From an uncultured candidate division Zixibacteria bacterium (lineage in GTDB: Bacteria; Zixibacteria; MSB-5A5; UBA10806; 4484-95): a DNA stretch of 64,000 nucleotides. The DNA lies in contig CAXXKA010000008.1 in NCBI GenBank assembly GCA_963668625.2, positions 160,001 through 224,000 on the forward strand, given 5' to 3'. The notes beneath the pieces are model-generated. The model was not told the DNA's origin. It saw only the letters and a list, made by a program, of their open reading frames with translations, and did no database searches. The position numbers were made by a program, and so were the translations under genes. Numbering within the stretch: position 1 is the stretch's first letter; every line of letters starts with the position of its first letter. Of this stretch, positions 20,279 to 30,432 are shown piece after piece.

Positions 20279-22030
20279 ATGAAAAAGATGTTATTTATTG
20301 TTGCCCTCATTAGTATCTTTGCGATTCAAATAGCTTCGGCAACATCGAATGAACCGATTAACAACGGTTCGATGAAAATCACTATTAAGGATGATAAAGT
20401 AACCGTAAAACTCCGCGACCTGAACGGCAAATATAAGAGAATCTCTTTTGATAAAGATGATTTTTCTAATTTGGATAATTTCAAGAAAGAGTTCGAAATC
20501 GCCCGGGATCCGCGTTTCCAGGTTCGGGACGAGTTATTGATCGAAAATGGTAACATTATAATTGATGGTGAAACGATAGCTTACGAAGATATCACCAAAA
20601 TACATGTATCCGGAGAATTTGATCAGGGAGTATCGCTTCACACCGAACTGCCTTTTTACCACAGATGCGAGATGACTTGTGACAAAGATATCCATGTCGA
20701 TAGCGAATCCACCAAAGATCGTTTTGGGTTCGGAGGGCTGGTTGTCGAGGCCGGCGAAACGATCTACGGAGATGTGGTCGCGCTAACCGGTGATATTACT
20801 GTCTACGGCGAGGTTATGGGGGATGTCGTGTCGGTATTCGGGGATGTTGTCATGTATGACGGCGCTTTCGCGGCCGGGGATGTTGTCACGCCATTCGGCG
20901 AACTGGTAGAACGCGGCAGTATTCGTATCGACGGTAATTCGATGCCTCGCAGTAGAACCAGGATTATGGGACGAGATAGTGATGTAGATTTCGATTTGAC
21001 GGCTCGTTACAACCGCGTCGAGGGGTTCACGCTGATAAGCGGCATTAAATACGAGGATTCTTACGGTGAACTGCCGGACTTTTATTTCAAAGGAGGTTAT
21101 GCGTTCTCGCTCGAAAAGTGGGATCTCGAAGCCGGCCTTCGCCAGCAGTTCGGGAATGATTACGCGTTTTATTTCGGCGCCGATTTGTACCAGGGCGCCG
21201 CAACCTCGGACGAGTGGATGTTCAGCATACACGAAAACACTATCGCAAGCTTGATATTCAAAGAGGACTATCACGATTTCTACTATCGTAAAGGAATTAA
21301 CCTCTATGCCGGGCAAACTCTCAGCGATGAGGTAACGTTCCAGCTAAACTACACCGCCGAGAATATCGACACGCTTACGAAAAACACAAATTCGGCCCTG
21401 TTCGGCGGCAAGAAAAATTTCCGCGAGAACTACTCGACAATCGATAATCCCTATGTTTTAAACTCGTTGGAGGGGGAACGTCAAACACTTGCCCTGTCAT
21501 TTACCTGGGATAATCGTGATAGCGAGGAATGGACTCGTCGCGGCCAGTATGCCAATATTGTCCTGGAAACAGCCGGTGATGACGGCTATATCGGTGGTTT
21601 GGGCGGCGATCATTCCTATGACCGTATTAGCGCCACATTCGCCAACTATCTGCCGTTAAACCGTAAACAGCATCTCGGGCTGGTTTTGAAAGGCGGTTAC
21701 TCTGAGGATAACCTGCCTTTAGATAAGTGGTTCTTCTTAGGAGGCCCGGGTAGCCTTCGCGGTTACGACTTCAAGGAGTACTACGGGAATAGGTATTTCC
21801 TGGCCAACCTTGATTACTATTTCGAGTTCTCCAACGATTTCTCGCTGGCAATATTCGGGGATATAGGCAAAGCCGGTACATCGCAGTATAGTTTCGAAAA
21901 TAACGATTTCAAAAGCGATATCGGCGTGGGCATAATGTTCGAGGATGCTTTCCGTCTGGATATATCGCAACGTCTGGATGACCTGGATAAAAGCCCGGTC
22001 GTAATGGCCCGCTCGGTAATTCATTTTTAA
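20279..22030 (+). CDS. BamA/TamA-like outer-membrane beta-barrel with bactofilin-like beta-helix segment
   Basis: Signal peptide; GDVV repeats; RYNRVEG; LGGPGSLRGY (Omp85 VRGY-like); C-terminal Phe. Confidence 0.75.
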   Translation: MKKMLFIVALISIFAIQIASATSNEPINNGSMKITIKDDKVTVKLRDLNGKYKRISFDKDDFSNLDNFKKEFEIARDPRFQVRDELLIENGNIIIDGETIAYEDITKIHVSGEFDQGVSLHTELPFYHRCEMTCDKDIHVDSESTKDRFGFGGLVVEAGETIYGDVVALTGDITVYGEVMGDVVSVFGDVVMYDGAFAAGDVVTPFGELVERGSIRIDGNSMPRSRTRIMGRDSDVDFDLTARYNRVEGFTLISGIKYEDSYGELPDFYFKGGYAFSLEKWDLEAGLRQQFGNDYAFYFGADLYQGAATSDEWMFSIHENTIASLIFKEDYHDFYYRKGINLYAGQTLSDEVTFQLNYTAENIDTLTKNTNSALFGGKKNFRENYSTIDNPYVLNSLEGERQTLALSFTWDNRDSEEWTRRGQYANIVLETAGDDGYIGGLGGDHSYDRISATFANYLPLNRKQHLGLVLKGGYSEDNLPLDKWFFLGGPGSLRGYDFKEYYGNRYFLANLDYYFEFSNDFSLAIFGDIGKAGTSQYSFENNDFKSDIGVGIMFEDAFRLDISQRLDDLDKSPVVMARSVIHF

Positions 22031-22056
22031 AAGATAAATCTAAATAGAGAAGATTG

Positions 22057-22085
22057 AAAAAGGGCGTATTCAATACGCCCTTTTT
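22057..22085 (+). terminator. Rho-independent terminator
   Basis: AAAAAGGGCGTATT-C-AATACGCCCTTTTT. Confidence 0.75.
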
Positions 22086-22092
22086 ACTTTCA

Positions 22093-22312
22093 GTAGGTCA
22101 AGTCCACTCGGGGCTTGACTAACCCGCGTACAGAGTAACAAACGAGAATTGCATAATATGCATAAGTTAAGATTCGCCGCGGGGAGAGGTTTTAACGACC
22201 CCGATTATATCCGTAGGGTGTCGATCTAAGATCGACCCGCTTGCGCGCTTGATCATGTAAAACGGGTATAGAATTCATCAGTATCGCGGGATGGTCTTAG
22301 ACCATCCCCTAC
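22093..22312. repeat. REP cluster: family D hairpin (22093-22123) plus a GTAG REP doublet (22213-22312)
   Basis: GTAGGTCAAGTCC...GGGCTTGACTAAC (similar at 25472, 26321, 27099, 32196); GTAGGGTGTCGATCTAAGATCGACCC...GGGATGGTCTTAGACCATCCCCTAC. Confidence 0.7.
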
Positions 22313-22407
22313 GAGTGAATTTGATGATAGGGGTGGCAATCAGATATTCCCACCTTAAGGAAACTAAGGCGGGCCCCACTATAATCATTGAATCATTTTA
22401 TCCCAAC

Positions 22408-22440
22408 AAAAAAAGCAACCCACCTTAATGGGTTGCCTTT
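22408..22440 (-). terminator. Terminator after ferritin
   Basis: A-tract plus GCAACCCA-CCTTAA-TGGGTTGC hairpin. Confidence 0.7.
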
Positions 22441-22480
22441 CAAAGATTCTATTTCAAATCAGCGTATCTGTCGGATTGCC

Positions 22481-22999
22481 TTACTCAGCTGTAGCATCAG
22501 CAGCAGGGGTGAATGTTCTCTGCCCCATCTCACGATCGAGCATGAACACGCCATGACCGGCGTTGCCAACCAGCTTCAGATTCTGTACGATCTCATCGGC
22601 GTTTGACTCTTCCTCTACCTGCTCGGTTACGAACCATTCAAGGAATATCTGGGTGGCGCGGTCTTTCTCATCCACTGCCAGATGGTACAAATCATTGATA
22701 CAGCCGGTGATATGCTGCTCGTGCTTGTAAGCCGCCTCGAACGCCTCGAGCGGTGACTCCCATTTCAACTGGGGCTCTTTTATACCATCAAGTTTCACGG
22801 TTCCGCCACGCTCGTTGATATAACTGAATATCTTCATGGCGTGAATCTGCTCCTCCTGATTCTGTATCATCATCCAATTGGCGAAACCTTTCAGGTTTAT
22901 CGATTCGAACCAGGCGGACATCGACAGGTACAAATACGCTGAGAAAAGCTCTTCGTTTATCTGGCCGTTTAAGGCTTTTTCGATCTTTTCATTCAACAT
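22481..22999 (-). CDS. ftnA: Non-heme ferritin
   Basis: LNGQINEELFSAYLYLSMSAW, EEQIHA, HEQHIT and FLEWFVTEQVEEE ferroxidase motifs. Confidence 0.93.
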   Translation of the reverse strand: MLNEKIEKALNGQINEELFSAYLYLSMSAWFESINLKGFANWMMIQNQEEQIHAMKIFSYINERGGTVKLDGIKEPQLKWESPLEAFEAAYKHEQHITGCINDLYHLAVDEKDRATQIFLEWFVTEQVEEESNADEIVQNLKLVGNAGHGVFMLDREMGQRTFTPAADATAE

Positions 23000-23114
23000 T
23001 TATCTACGCTCCTTCTACACGATTAGAATTTACGGTTTCGGTGTGTTGTCTTTTCATAGTAGAACCGTAAAACCACTAAGAAGGTTGCGAAATTATCCAA
23101 ATAATGAACGTGAT

Positions 23115-23567
23115 TTAATTTTCGCGCAACACGTACTCATCGTACTCGACCTCGAAACGAAGTTTATGCTTGGCCTCCTCCTGCGCCAGGCTGAAAAACA
23201 TCGCCGAAAGATTTTCGTCATCGGTGGAATTAGCCAGATCGTTGTACAGGATATAGGCGTTTTTCTCGGCTTTCATGGCCAGGATAAGAGCATCCTGGTA
23301 ATCGATAGTGGCATCTAAATCAACTTCCTCGAGGTGATCGCCAATCTTGAGATCCATGACTTTCTTTTCCGACTTGATCATCAGCTTGCCCTCTTTGACA
23401 GCCTGGAGTTTCGACTTATGGCCGGCTTCCTCTTTGGCAAACTGCTCGAAAATCTTCTTCATGTTTTCCTGTTTCATTCTTCCGGCCAAATCCAGGTAGA
23501 ACTGACGGGCGTCTTCTTCCTTTTCTATGGCATAGTCCAAGATCGCGTCAACCGAATCGAACTTCAT
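23115..23567 (-). CDS. Rubrerythrin-like ferritin-family diiron protein
   Basis: Duplicated AIEKE..FY / EEAGH and AMKAE..LY / EEAKH motifs. Confidence 0.88.
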   Translation of the reverse strand: MKFDSVDAILDYAIEKEEDARQFYLDLAGRMKQENMKKIFEQFAKEEAGHKSKLQAVKEGKLMIKSEKKVMDLKIGDHLEEVDLDATIDYQDALILAMKAEKNAYILYNDLANSTDDENLSAMFFSLAQEEAKHKLRFEVEYDEYVLREN

Positions 23568-23623
23568 TACATCCTCCTAAGTAAATTTATGCCGGCCGTG
23601 GGGCCGAATCATTCATTATTATT

Positions 23624-23998
23624 TTATGCTTTCCATAGTCCGTGAAGGTTACAGAATTCACGGGCAACGACATTATCAGCTTTTATACAGAATGTAGCCT
23701 CGGGTGGTTCGCCGGGATTGAGGAATTTACGATAGGAAATGCCATCGGCGATAAGCTCGATCCACTCGATATAGTGTTTGTCCTCCATTGGATGAGCCAC
23801 GCTGCCGATTTTGACCTTGTAGCCGTCGGCGGTTTTCTCTACAACCGGGACATGTTTTTCGGTAGCGGCGTCGGTTTCGCCCTCGTTTAGAAGTACCATC
23901 GGTTGGCCGCAGCACACCAGCTCACCGCCGGCCTCATGCACGACCTGCACCATATTGCCACAATTCAAGCATTTATAGATTTGTAATCTTTCAGTCAT
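23624..23998 (-). CDS. dfx: Desulfoferrodoxin (superoxide reductase)
   Basis: [24 protein letters not shown]...HYIEWI and FCNLHGLW motifs; start at MTERLQ after GGAGG. Confidence 0.93.
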   Translation of the reverse strand: MTERLQIYKCLNCGNMVQVVHEAGGELVCCGQPMVLLNEGETDAATEKHVPVVEKTADGYKVKIGSVAHPMEDKHYIEWIELIADGISYRKFLNPGEPPEATFCIKADNVVAREFCNLHGLWKA

Positions 23999-24250
23999 TT
24001 GGGCATCCTCCTTGGATTTATATATCCTCTTCAACCGCAAATTATAATCAAAAAGATCGCACAAAACAAAGATTTTCGCTGTTTTCGGGGATTTTTATTG
24101 TGTTAGGGGGATATAGATTGCGTAATATCAGGTATCAAGTTATTATGGATAGATATATTTTATTGACAATAATAGATTGGTATATATATTAAATTATAAT
24201 AAGAGGAGTTGGGCTTATTTAAAAGCAGTAAGATTGGGGAGGATGATCTA

Positions 24251-25456
24251 ATGTTTAGAAGTACTATTTATGGTGTTATTGTATTATTAATTGTTGTTGT
24301 CAATGTATTTGCACAAGAATTTCGTTGGACTGAACCAGTACCGGTCGATATTTTAAATACTCCTGCAAATGAGCGATATTTGTATTTATCTACCGATGGC
24401 AATATACTTCTCTGGAATGCCCAGGGGGCAATCTGCATGAGTAGATGGAATGGAGATTGGTGGGAACCGCGTGAGATCCTTCCTGAACCTGTTAATAGTG
24501 ATGGCCTTGAAGAAGCAATTGCTATAACGCCTGATCATAGTTTTTTCTATTGGGTAAGCTGGCGCGAAGGCGGTATGGGCGGTTGGGATATCTGGCGTTG
24601 TAGTTGGGATGAAGAGACCAATATTTTTGGTGAGGCCGAATTACTTGGTGAAAATGTTAATAGTTATGCGTATGAGTGGAGCATAGGTTTTACCCCGGAT
24701 GGAAAAAGAATGTATTTTTCCTCAAATACGCCCTATAAAAACGGTCAAAATGGTTATGGTAGTGATGATATTTGGTATTGTGACTGGGATTCTACTATTA
24801 ACGATTGGGGACTCGCTTATAATGTTGGTATGTCTGTAAATACAAGCGGTGATGATTATAGTCCATATATAATCAGAAATGGTTCGATGTTGGATTATAT
24901 TTTATTTTTTACCTCTAATGACCATCATGATTTACCTGAATACTATGGACATATCGATATATTTTATGCCGACTGGGATGGAAATAGTTGGAACCAGGTA
25001 CATAATATTGGTGAACCTATAAATAGTCCCACATTTGATGGTGAGCAGTGTTTGACGCAATCTGGTTGCGTTATGTATTTTATCGCCCCCGAAAACAGAG
25101 ATCCATCAGGAAATGGAGATATTTATGTTTCTTATAAGGTATCTTCTGCGATTAAGGAGGAGCAAACTGATACTACCAGTAAATTGAATATAAGGGTTTA
25201 CCCTAATCCTTATAATAACAGTTGCAAAATACAAGTTGATAGTGACGAATTACTAAACAATTTGCAGCTTAGAATCTATGACATACAAGGAAAGGAGGTG
25301 AAGAATTTAGGAAAAAAATATTCCCAGAATACGAATGAAATCTTCTGGGATGGTACGAATAACGCGGGGGTTAAAATAAGTTCAGGGGTATATTTCATTA
25401 ATTGCCTATTAAACGATACAGTAGTCGAAAAAAAGGCAATATCACTAATTAAATAA
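24251..25456 (+). CDS. Secreted PD40/WD40-like repeat protein with C-terminal FlgD/T9SS-type-A-like domain
   Basis: Signal peptide; repeats such as GGWDIW, TPDGKRMYFSS and NIGEPINS; tail YPNPYN...IYDIQG..V...WDG....SSGVYF; ATG at 24251 after GGAGG (track start 24209). Confidence 0.8.
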   Translation: MFRSTIYGVIVLLIVVVNVFAQEFRWTEPVPVDILNTPANERYLYLSTDGNILLWNAQGAICMSRWNGDWWEPREILPEPVNSDGLEEAIAITPDHSFFYWVSWREGGMGGWDIWRCSWDEETNIFGEAELLGENVNSYAYEWSIGFTPDGKRMYFSSNTPYKNGQNGYGSDDIWYCDWDSTINDWGLAYNVGMSVNTSGDDYSPYIIRNGSMLDYILFFTSNDHHDLPEYYGHIDIFYADWDGNSWNQVHNIGEPINSPTFDGEQCLTQSGCVMYFIAPENRDPSGNGDIYVSYKVSSAIKEEQTDTTSKLNIRVYPNPYNNSCKIQVDSDELLNNLQLRIYDIQGKEVKNLGKKYSQNTNEIFWDGTNNAGVKISSGVYFINCLLNDTVVEKKAISLIK

Positions 25457-25554
25457 CACCTATATAATACAGTAGATCAAGCCTACTTGGGGCTTGACTA
25501 ACCCGCGTTTAGTAGCCCCGATCTGCCAGTTATTCACCGAAATCTCCATCAACG

Positions 25555-27375
25555 GGTAACCCACCAGCAGGGTGGGTAAATACAGAATTACCACAAAGCT
25601 GAATTACGTTATAACTTATATATCCAGCGTAAAGTTCTAATATCATTTATAAAACAATAACTATTAAATTGAGAATCCTCAGTTGATCTTACAGGCCCCC
25701 GTTTTATAGGTTTGTCTCAAGTGCTTTTGCATCATTGGCCATCAGCCATGCAAGATTACCCACCCTGCTGGTGGGCTACCCCAATCCCCTCCACCGCCTA
25801 TTTTGCGGGGACATACAGAAACGACAGGGACGTAGGGACAAATAGGTAACCCACCAGCAGGGTGGGTAAATACAGAATTACCACAAAGCTGAATTACGTT
25901 ATAACTTATATATCCAGCGTAAAGTTCTAATATCATTTATAAAACAATAACTATTAAATTGAGAATCCTCAGTTGATCCTACAGGCCCCCGGCTGATAGG
26001 TTTGTCTGTAGTGCTTTTGCATCATTGGCCATCAGCAATGCAAGATTACCCACCCAACTGGTGGGTTACCCCATCCCCTCCGCCGCCTATTTTGCGGGGA
26101 CATACAGAAACGACAGGGACGTAGGGACAACCACACCAGTGCTGTCCGGGAGATAGGCAAAATGCCACCGGCGTCTACAACAGATAATCCACCTGAAGGG
26201 TGGGTAGATACAGAATTATCGCAAAGCTGGTTTGCGCAATCTTATACATTTTGAGGGCAAGACTCTAATATCCTTCATAAAACGAAAACTATTAAATAGA
26301 TAACAGGTAACCCAGTAACCGTAAGTCAAGCCTACTAGAGGCTCGACTAATCCGCGCACGATTGCTACGATCTATTAACAGGTAATCCACCAGCAGGGTG
26401 GGTAGATACATAAATACCACAAAGCTGAATTGTGCTATCACATACATATCTACCGCAAAGTTTTAATATGATTTATAAAGCAATAACTACTAAATCGATA
26501 ATCCTCAGTTGATCTTACAAGTCCCCGTTTTATAGGTTTGTCTCAAGTGCTTTTGCATCATTGGCCATCAGCCATGCAAGATTACCCACCCTGCTGGTGG
26601 GCTACCCCAATCCCCTCCACCGCCTATTTTGCGGGGACATACAGAAACGACAGGGACGTAGGGACAAATAGGTAACCCACCAGTAGGGTGGGTAAATACT
26701 GAATTACCGCAAAGCTGAATTACGTTATAACTTATATATCCAGCGTAAAGTTCTAATATCATTTATAAAACAATAACTATTAAATTGAGAATCCTCAGTT
26801 GATCTTACAGGCCACCGGTTGATAGGTTTGTCTTTAGTGCTTTTGCATCATTGGCCATCAGCCATGCAAGATTACCCACCCTGCTGGTGGGCTACCCCAA
26901 TCCCCTCCACCGCCTATTTTGCGGGGACATACAGAAACGACAGGGACGTAGGGACAAATAGGTAACCCACCTGAAGGGTGGGTAGATACAGAATTATCGC
27001 AAAGCTGGTTTGCGCAATCTTATACATTTTGAGGGCAAGACTCTAATATCCTTCATAAAACGAAAACTATTAAATAGATAACAGGTAACCCAGTAACCGT
27101 AAGTCAAGCCTACTAGAGGCTCGACTAATCCGCGCACGATTGCTACGATCTATTAACAGGTAACCCACCAGCAGGGTGGGTAGATACATAAATACCACAA
27201 ATCTGAATTGTGCTATCACATACATATCTACCGCAAAGTTTTAATATGATTTATAAAGCAATAACTACTAAATTGATAATCCTCAGTTGATCTTACAAGT
27301 CCCCGTTTTATAGGTTTGTCTCAAGTGCTTTTACATCATCAACAATCAGCCATGCCGGCTTACCCACCCTGATAT
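25555..27375. repeat. Higher-order tandem array of REPIN-like units (family E REP: GGTARCCCACCAGCAGGGTGGGTA)
   Basis: Forward REPs at 25555, 25845, ~26182, 26381, 26671, 26961 and 27159; inverted partners ~200 bp downstream in the long units; periods ~290/337/198. Confidence 0.88.
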
Positions 27376-27798
27376 GGAAGGACCTTGTCAAATCCTTTAG
27401 TATTGTTTCTTGCTAATTTGTTACATTTTATTAATGCCATAGTTAGAGTTATAGGCGACGGTTAATCAACCTGATATCCGCGGATTGGTTACCGCATGTT
27501 AACTTTTCGTCGGGGGGGCTGTCTCAAACTACTGGCTCAGGTTCAAAGACATTTAATCTTCTACTGAATAGGGTGGTCGAGAATTCCCCTTGACCTAACT
27601 CTAACTATGGCCATCCTTGTTTAAAATCTACTGCATCATTGACCAGATAAACCCAACTAATTCACGAGCAACTGCTACTATTGCTTTACTGGAGGATTTA
27701 CGATTAGCTATTTTCCAATATTTTTTATACAAACGTCGTTGAGCTTTCCAGGATATGGCTACTGCTATAGTTAGCTGATTTTTTTGACGAATCTTGAG

Positions 27799-27998
27799 TT
27801 GTTTGCCGGCAGAATGCGCATTCTACATGACTCAAGAAGGTTTCCAGGCAGTGCTTGGAAACCAGGAAACTAAGCCTAACATCGACAGGGCATGTCAGGA
27901 TGCATGATACGCTGAATATATAATTAATCGGAAAATATCTTTCGCTAACAATTTCAGGAAGAAATTTAAAATTTATCGAAAAACACCGGACACTAGTG
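27799..27998. mobile_element. IS4-type MITE, copy 4, left end missing
   Basis: Matches the right ~200 bp of copies 1-3 and ends in CCGGACACTAGTG; lacks the left TIR. Confidence 0.8.
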
Positions 27999-28241
27999 AA
28001 GATTAATTTTAAATGATAAAGACTAATAAAAGTGTTACCCATGCCGCCGGTCTGATCTGTTACCTATGTGCCAGAACATTCAGTTTATTGAACCACAGCT
28101 TGGTCTGTTCAAAAAGAAGGCAATAAATTGACATAGAATACGATATCGAAAAGAGTTGCGAGGTAAGGGGCTGTTTATTAACTTAGTGCACGCTTTAGTT
28201 CACTTTGTTGTAATGCGTACACTAATTTGAGGAAGGTAGAA

Positions 28242-28715
28242 ATGCAAGTTCCGATTCTGCAGAGTACTTACAAGATTCTGAATGAGAAGATTACTGAAAC
28301 CAAGAAGGAGATCAAACAGAACTCGAAAGACATTGGCGCAGCCGCCGAGCTTGGTGATCTTAAGGAGAATGCCGAATATCATGCTGCCAAGGAAAAACAG
28401 GTGCTGCTCATGGAACGCATGCAACGGCTCAAAAGCTACCTGAATTTCTTGAGAGTCGACCTGAGCGACAGCGTGCCTAAAACAGTCTCATTCGGATGCT
28501 CGGTAACTGTTGTTGATACAATAACAAAGGAATCACACACGTACAACCTCATCGGACCAGCCGAATACGAGCTCGAACTGTATCCTGACATGGTAACAAT
28601 TGGCGCACCTGTGGCAAAATTGCTGGTGACGAAAAAGGTCGGTGATATTGTGAATTTCAAGTTTGGGAGTATTGACTGGACAGGTGAAATAACTGAAATT
28701 TGCGTTCTTAAGTAA
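28242..28715 (+). CDS. GreA/GreB family transcription elongation factor
   Basis: GDLKENAEYHAAKE, VSFGCSV and GAPVAKLL...KVGD motifs; ATG at 28242 after GAGGAAGG. Confidence 0.88.
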   Translation: MQVPILQSTYKILNEKITETKKEIKQNSKDIGAAAELGDLKENAEYHAAKEKQVLLMERMQRLKSYLNFLRVDLSDSVPKTVSFGCSVTVVDTITKESHTYNLIGPAEYELELYPDMVTIGAPVAKLLVTKKVGDIVNFKFGSIDWTGEITEICVLK

Positions 28716-29334
28716 GCGTTGCTCAGAAACGTCCCCTAGATGCGTACTGGCATCCGGAGCCAGTCCAGATTCTGTTGCCATGTTTCATTGCCAACCGGCG
28801 AGCAACCGTTCTAAGACCATCAGAGCCACAGTTCAGGTAGTCTTCAGTCATATACTTATCACCTATACGGTCGAAAAGACGAGCGAGTTGTTCGTCTGAT
28901 TCAGAAATCCCGAGCTTCACCGCAAGATTGAGAATGAGGACACGCATGTCTCGCTGATACAGTACCTATGACCCCAGTTCGGCAAGTCATGATTCCCACG
29001 ATCCTGTCGATCCAAACGGATGAAAGACATTGCGAACCTCCTGCGCGAGACGTAACCAGGAGCGAGCATTGTCATGTCTCTCCATTCGCTTAGCGAACTT
29101 CAAGATTTAATAAACTCAACTATATTTAGCCCTCAAGGGCCTACCGAGCTAAATAGGCATTTGTGATGAAATCTCATCCGCGTATCAACAATACGGTAAC
29201 AATCACGGTATATATGTGGTATTTAGGGTGGTTTCTGATGACTAAAAGTGGAGGCCAGATTCACCGTAACACGCTTCCAGATAATAGAATAAGATAAATA
29301 TCAACAAGTTAGTAAAATATCGCCGATAGCAATT

Positions 29335-29373
29335 ATAATCCTCGTGTCCGGGGTTCAAGTCCCTGTTACGCTA
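29335..29373 (+). other. 3'-half tRNA remnant (att-like), most similar to a Met-type tRNA
   Basis: ATAATCCTCGTGTCCGGGG-TTCAAGT-CCCTGTTACGCTA gives an intact T-arm and 3' acceptor strand, with no D-arm upstream. Confidence 0.6.
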
Positions 29374-29639
29374 TATTGGAACTCTCCAAACAACGATAAG
29401 CCTCAAATAACCAAACGTATAATATCTCTTTGATTCTATAATAAGTAATAAAACACTCAACAATGATAATTAGGTTGACTATATGAATTTAAAGATTATA
29501 CTTGCCAAGTTTCAATGTTTTCCGGGCAGAGAAATATCTGTCTGGTTGATACGTGATTATTCCCTGCAAGTTTAATCCGTAGATTTTTATAATATTTTTA
29601 CTTTGCAGATATCTCTGCCGTTGAAAGGTGTATTGGAAA

Positions 29640-30283
29640 ATGACCGATATCGCTCGCATCAGGAACCTTGCTAATTTTGCTCATATTTATCACGATAAAA
29701 CGACACTCATCGATTCTGTTTTTAAAGCTACTCGAACTTTCCGAAAAACCAATAAGTTACCGATCAACTAATGGACAGCAATGTATTGGAACGTGAACGC
29801 GGTATAACGCGGGTTGAAACCGATGAAATATCTGCCGAAAATATTGCCCGGTTAGCCGGGCCGCCGGAGATTAGTATCGGCGATACTTTCTCTAAAAGAG
29901 AAGATCCCAATAAAGCGCATAAACCTCTTGAGATTGAAGAATCTACTCTTTCGATTTTCCCCCCTGTTATTAATGGCTCATTCTCAGGGCAAGATGGCAA
30001 AGCAATTATGCTCCGTCAGTTAAAAGAAAGACTTGAGAGAGGACTTCGCGTAAATGCAACTCTTCTAATGGAAGATACCGGCGTCAAATTCGTTGTTCCG
30101 CGTAAAATGACATTCGGGCAGGCAATGGAGTGGATCAGAGATGACGAGTTAGTTGAAGTGACTCCAAAATGTATTCGTATTAGAAAAACAATATTAGATA
30201 TAGACGATCGAAAGCACGCCGAGAAAAAGCAGCTTTCCCCGGGTGATACCTCAAAAGATTCGCGAAAACGACTTTATGTATAG
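29640..30283 (+). pseudogene. typA: Internally deleted typA/bipA remnant
   Basis: IRNLANFAHIYHDKTTLID (degenerate G1), then MDSNVLERERGIT, a domain II/III piece and EWIRDDELVEVTPKCIRIRK in only ~640 bp, with a frame break. Confidence 0.8.
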
Positions 30284-30432
30284 TTGTTTTACAGCCTATA
30301 TTTTCTTTGACAATTATCGTTTTAGAGATTTATTGTCAAGGCAGCCGGTCTCCCCCATTAACCTTAAACTTCAGAGATAGTGATTTGAATTCAAATAAAC
30401 AATTACAATCGACTACAGTGAAAAGCAACAGA

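Noticed and set aside
22481-23998. Ferritin / rubrerythrin-like / desulfoferrodoxin cluster as a novel system
   Set aside because: This is a standard oxidative-stress and iron-storage cluster of anaerobes; I could not support a specific Fur/PerR box
25742-26762. Two near-identical 64-aa ORFs (25742-25936, 26568-26762)
   Set aside because: They lie within the repeat units, span REP palindromes, and resemble no protein family I recognise; most likely by-products of the repeat
25555-27375. Possible CRISPR array
   Set aside because: Intervening sequences are long and near-identical rather than unique spacers, repeats occur in both orientations, and no cas genes are present
28723-29090. 74-aa minus-strand ORF and upstream coding-like sequence
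   Set aside because: Probably gene debris, but I cannot assign a family or boundaries
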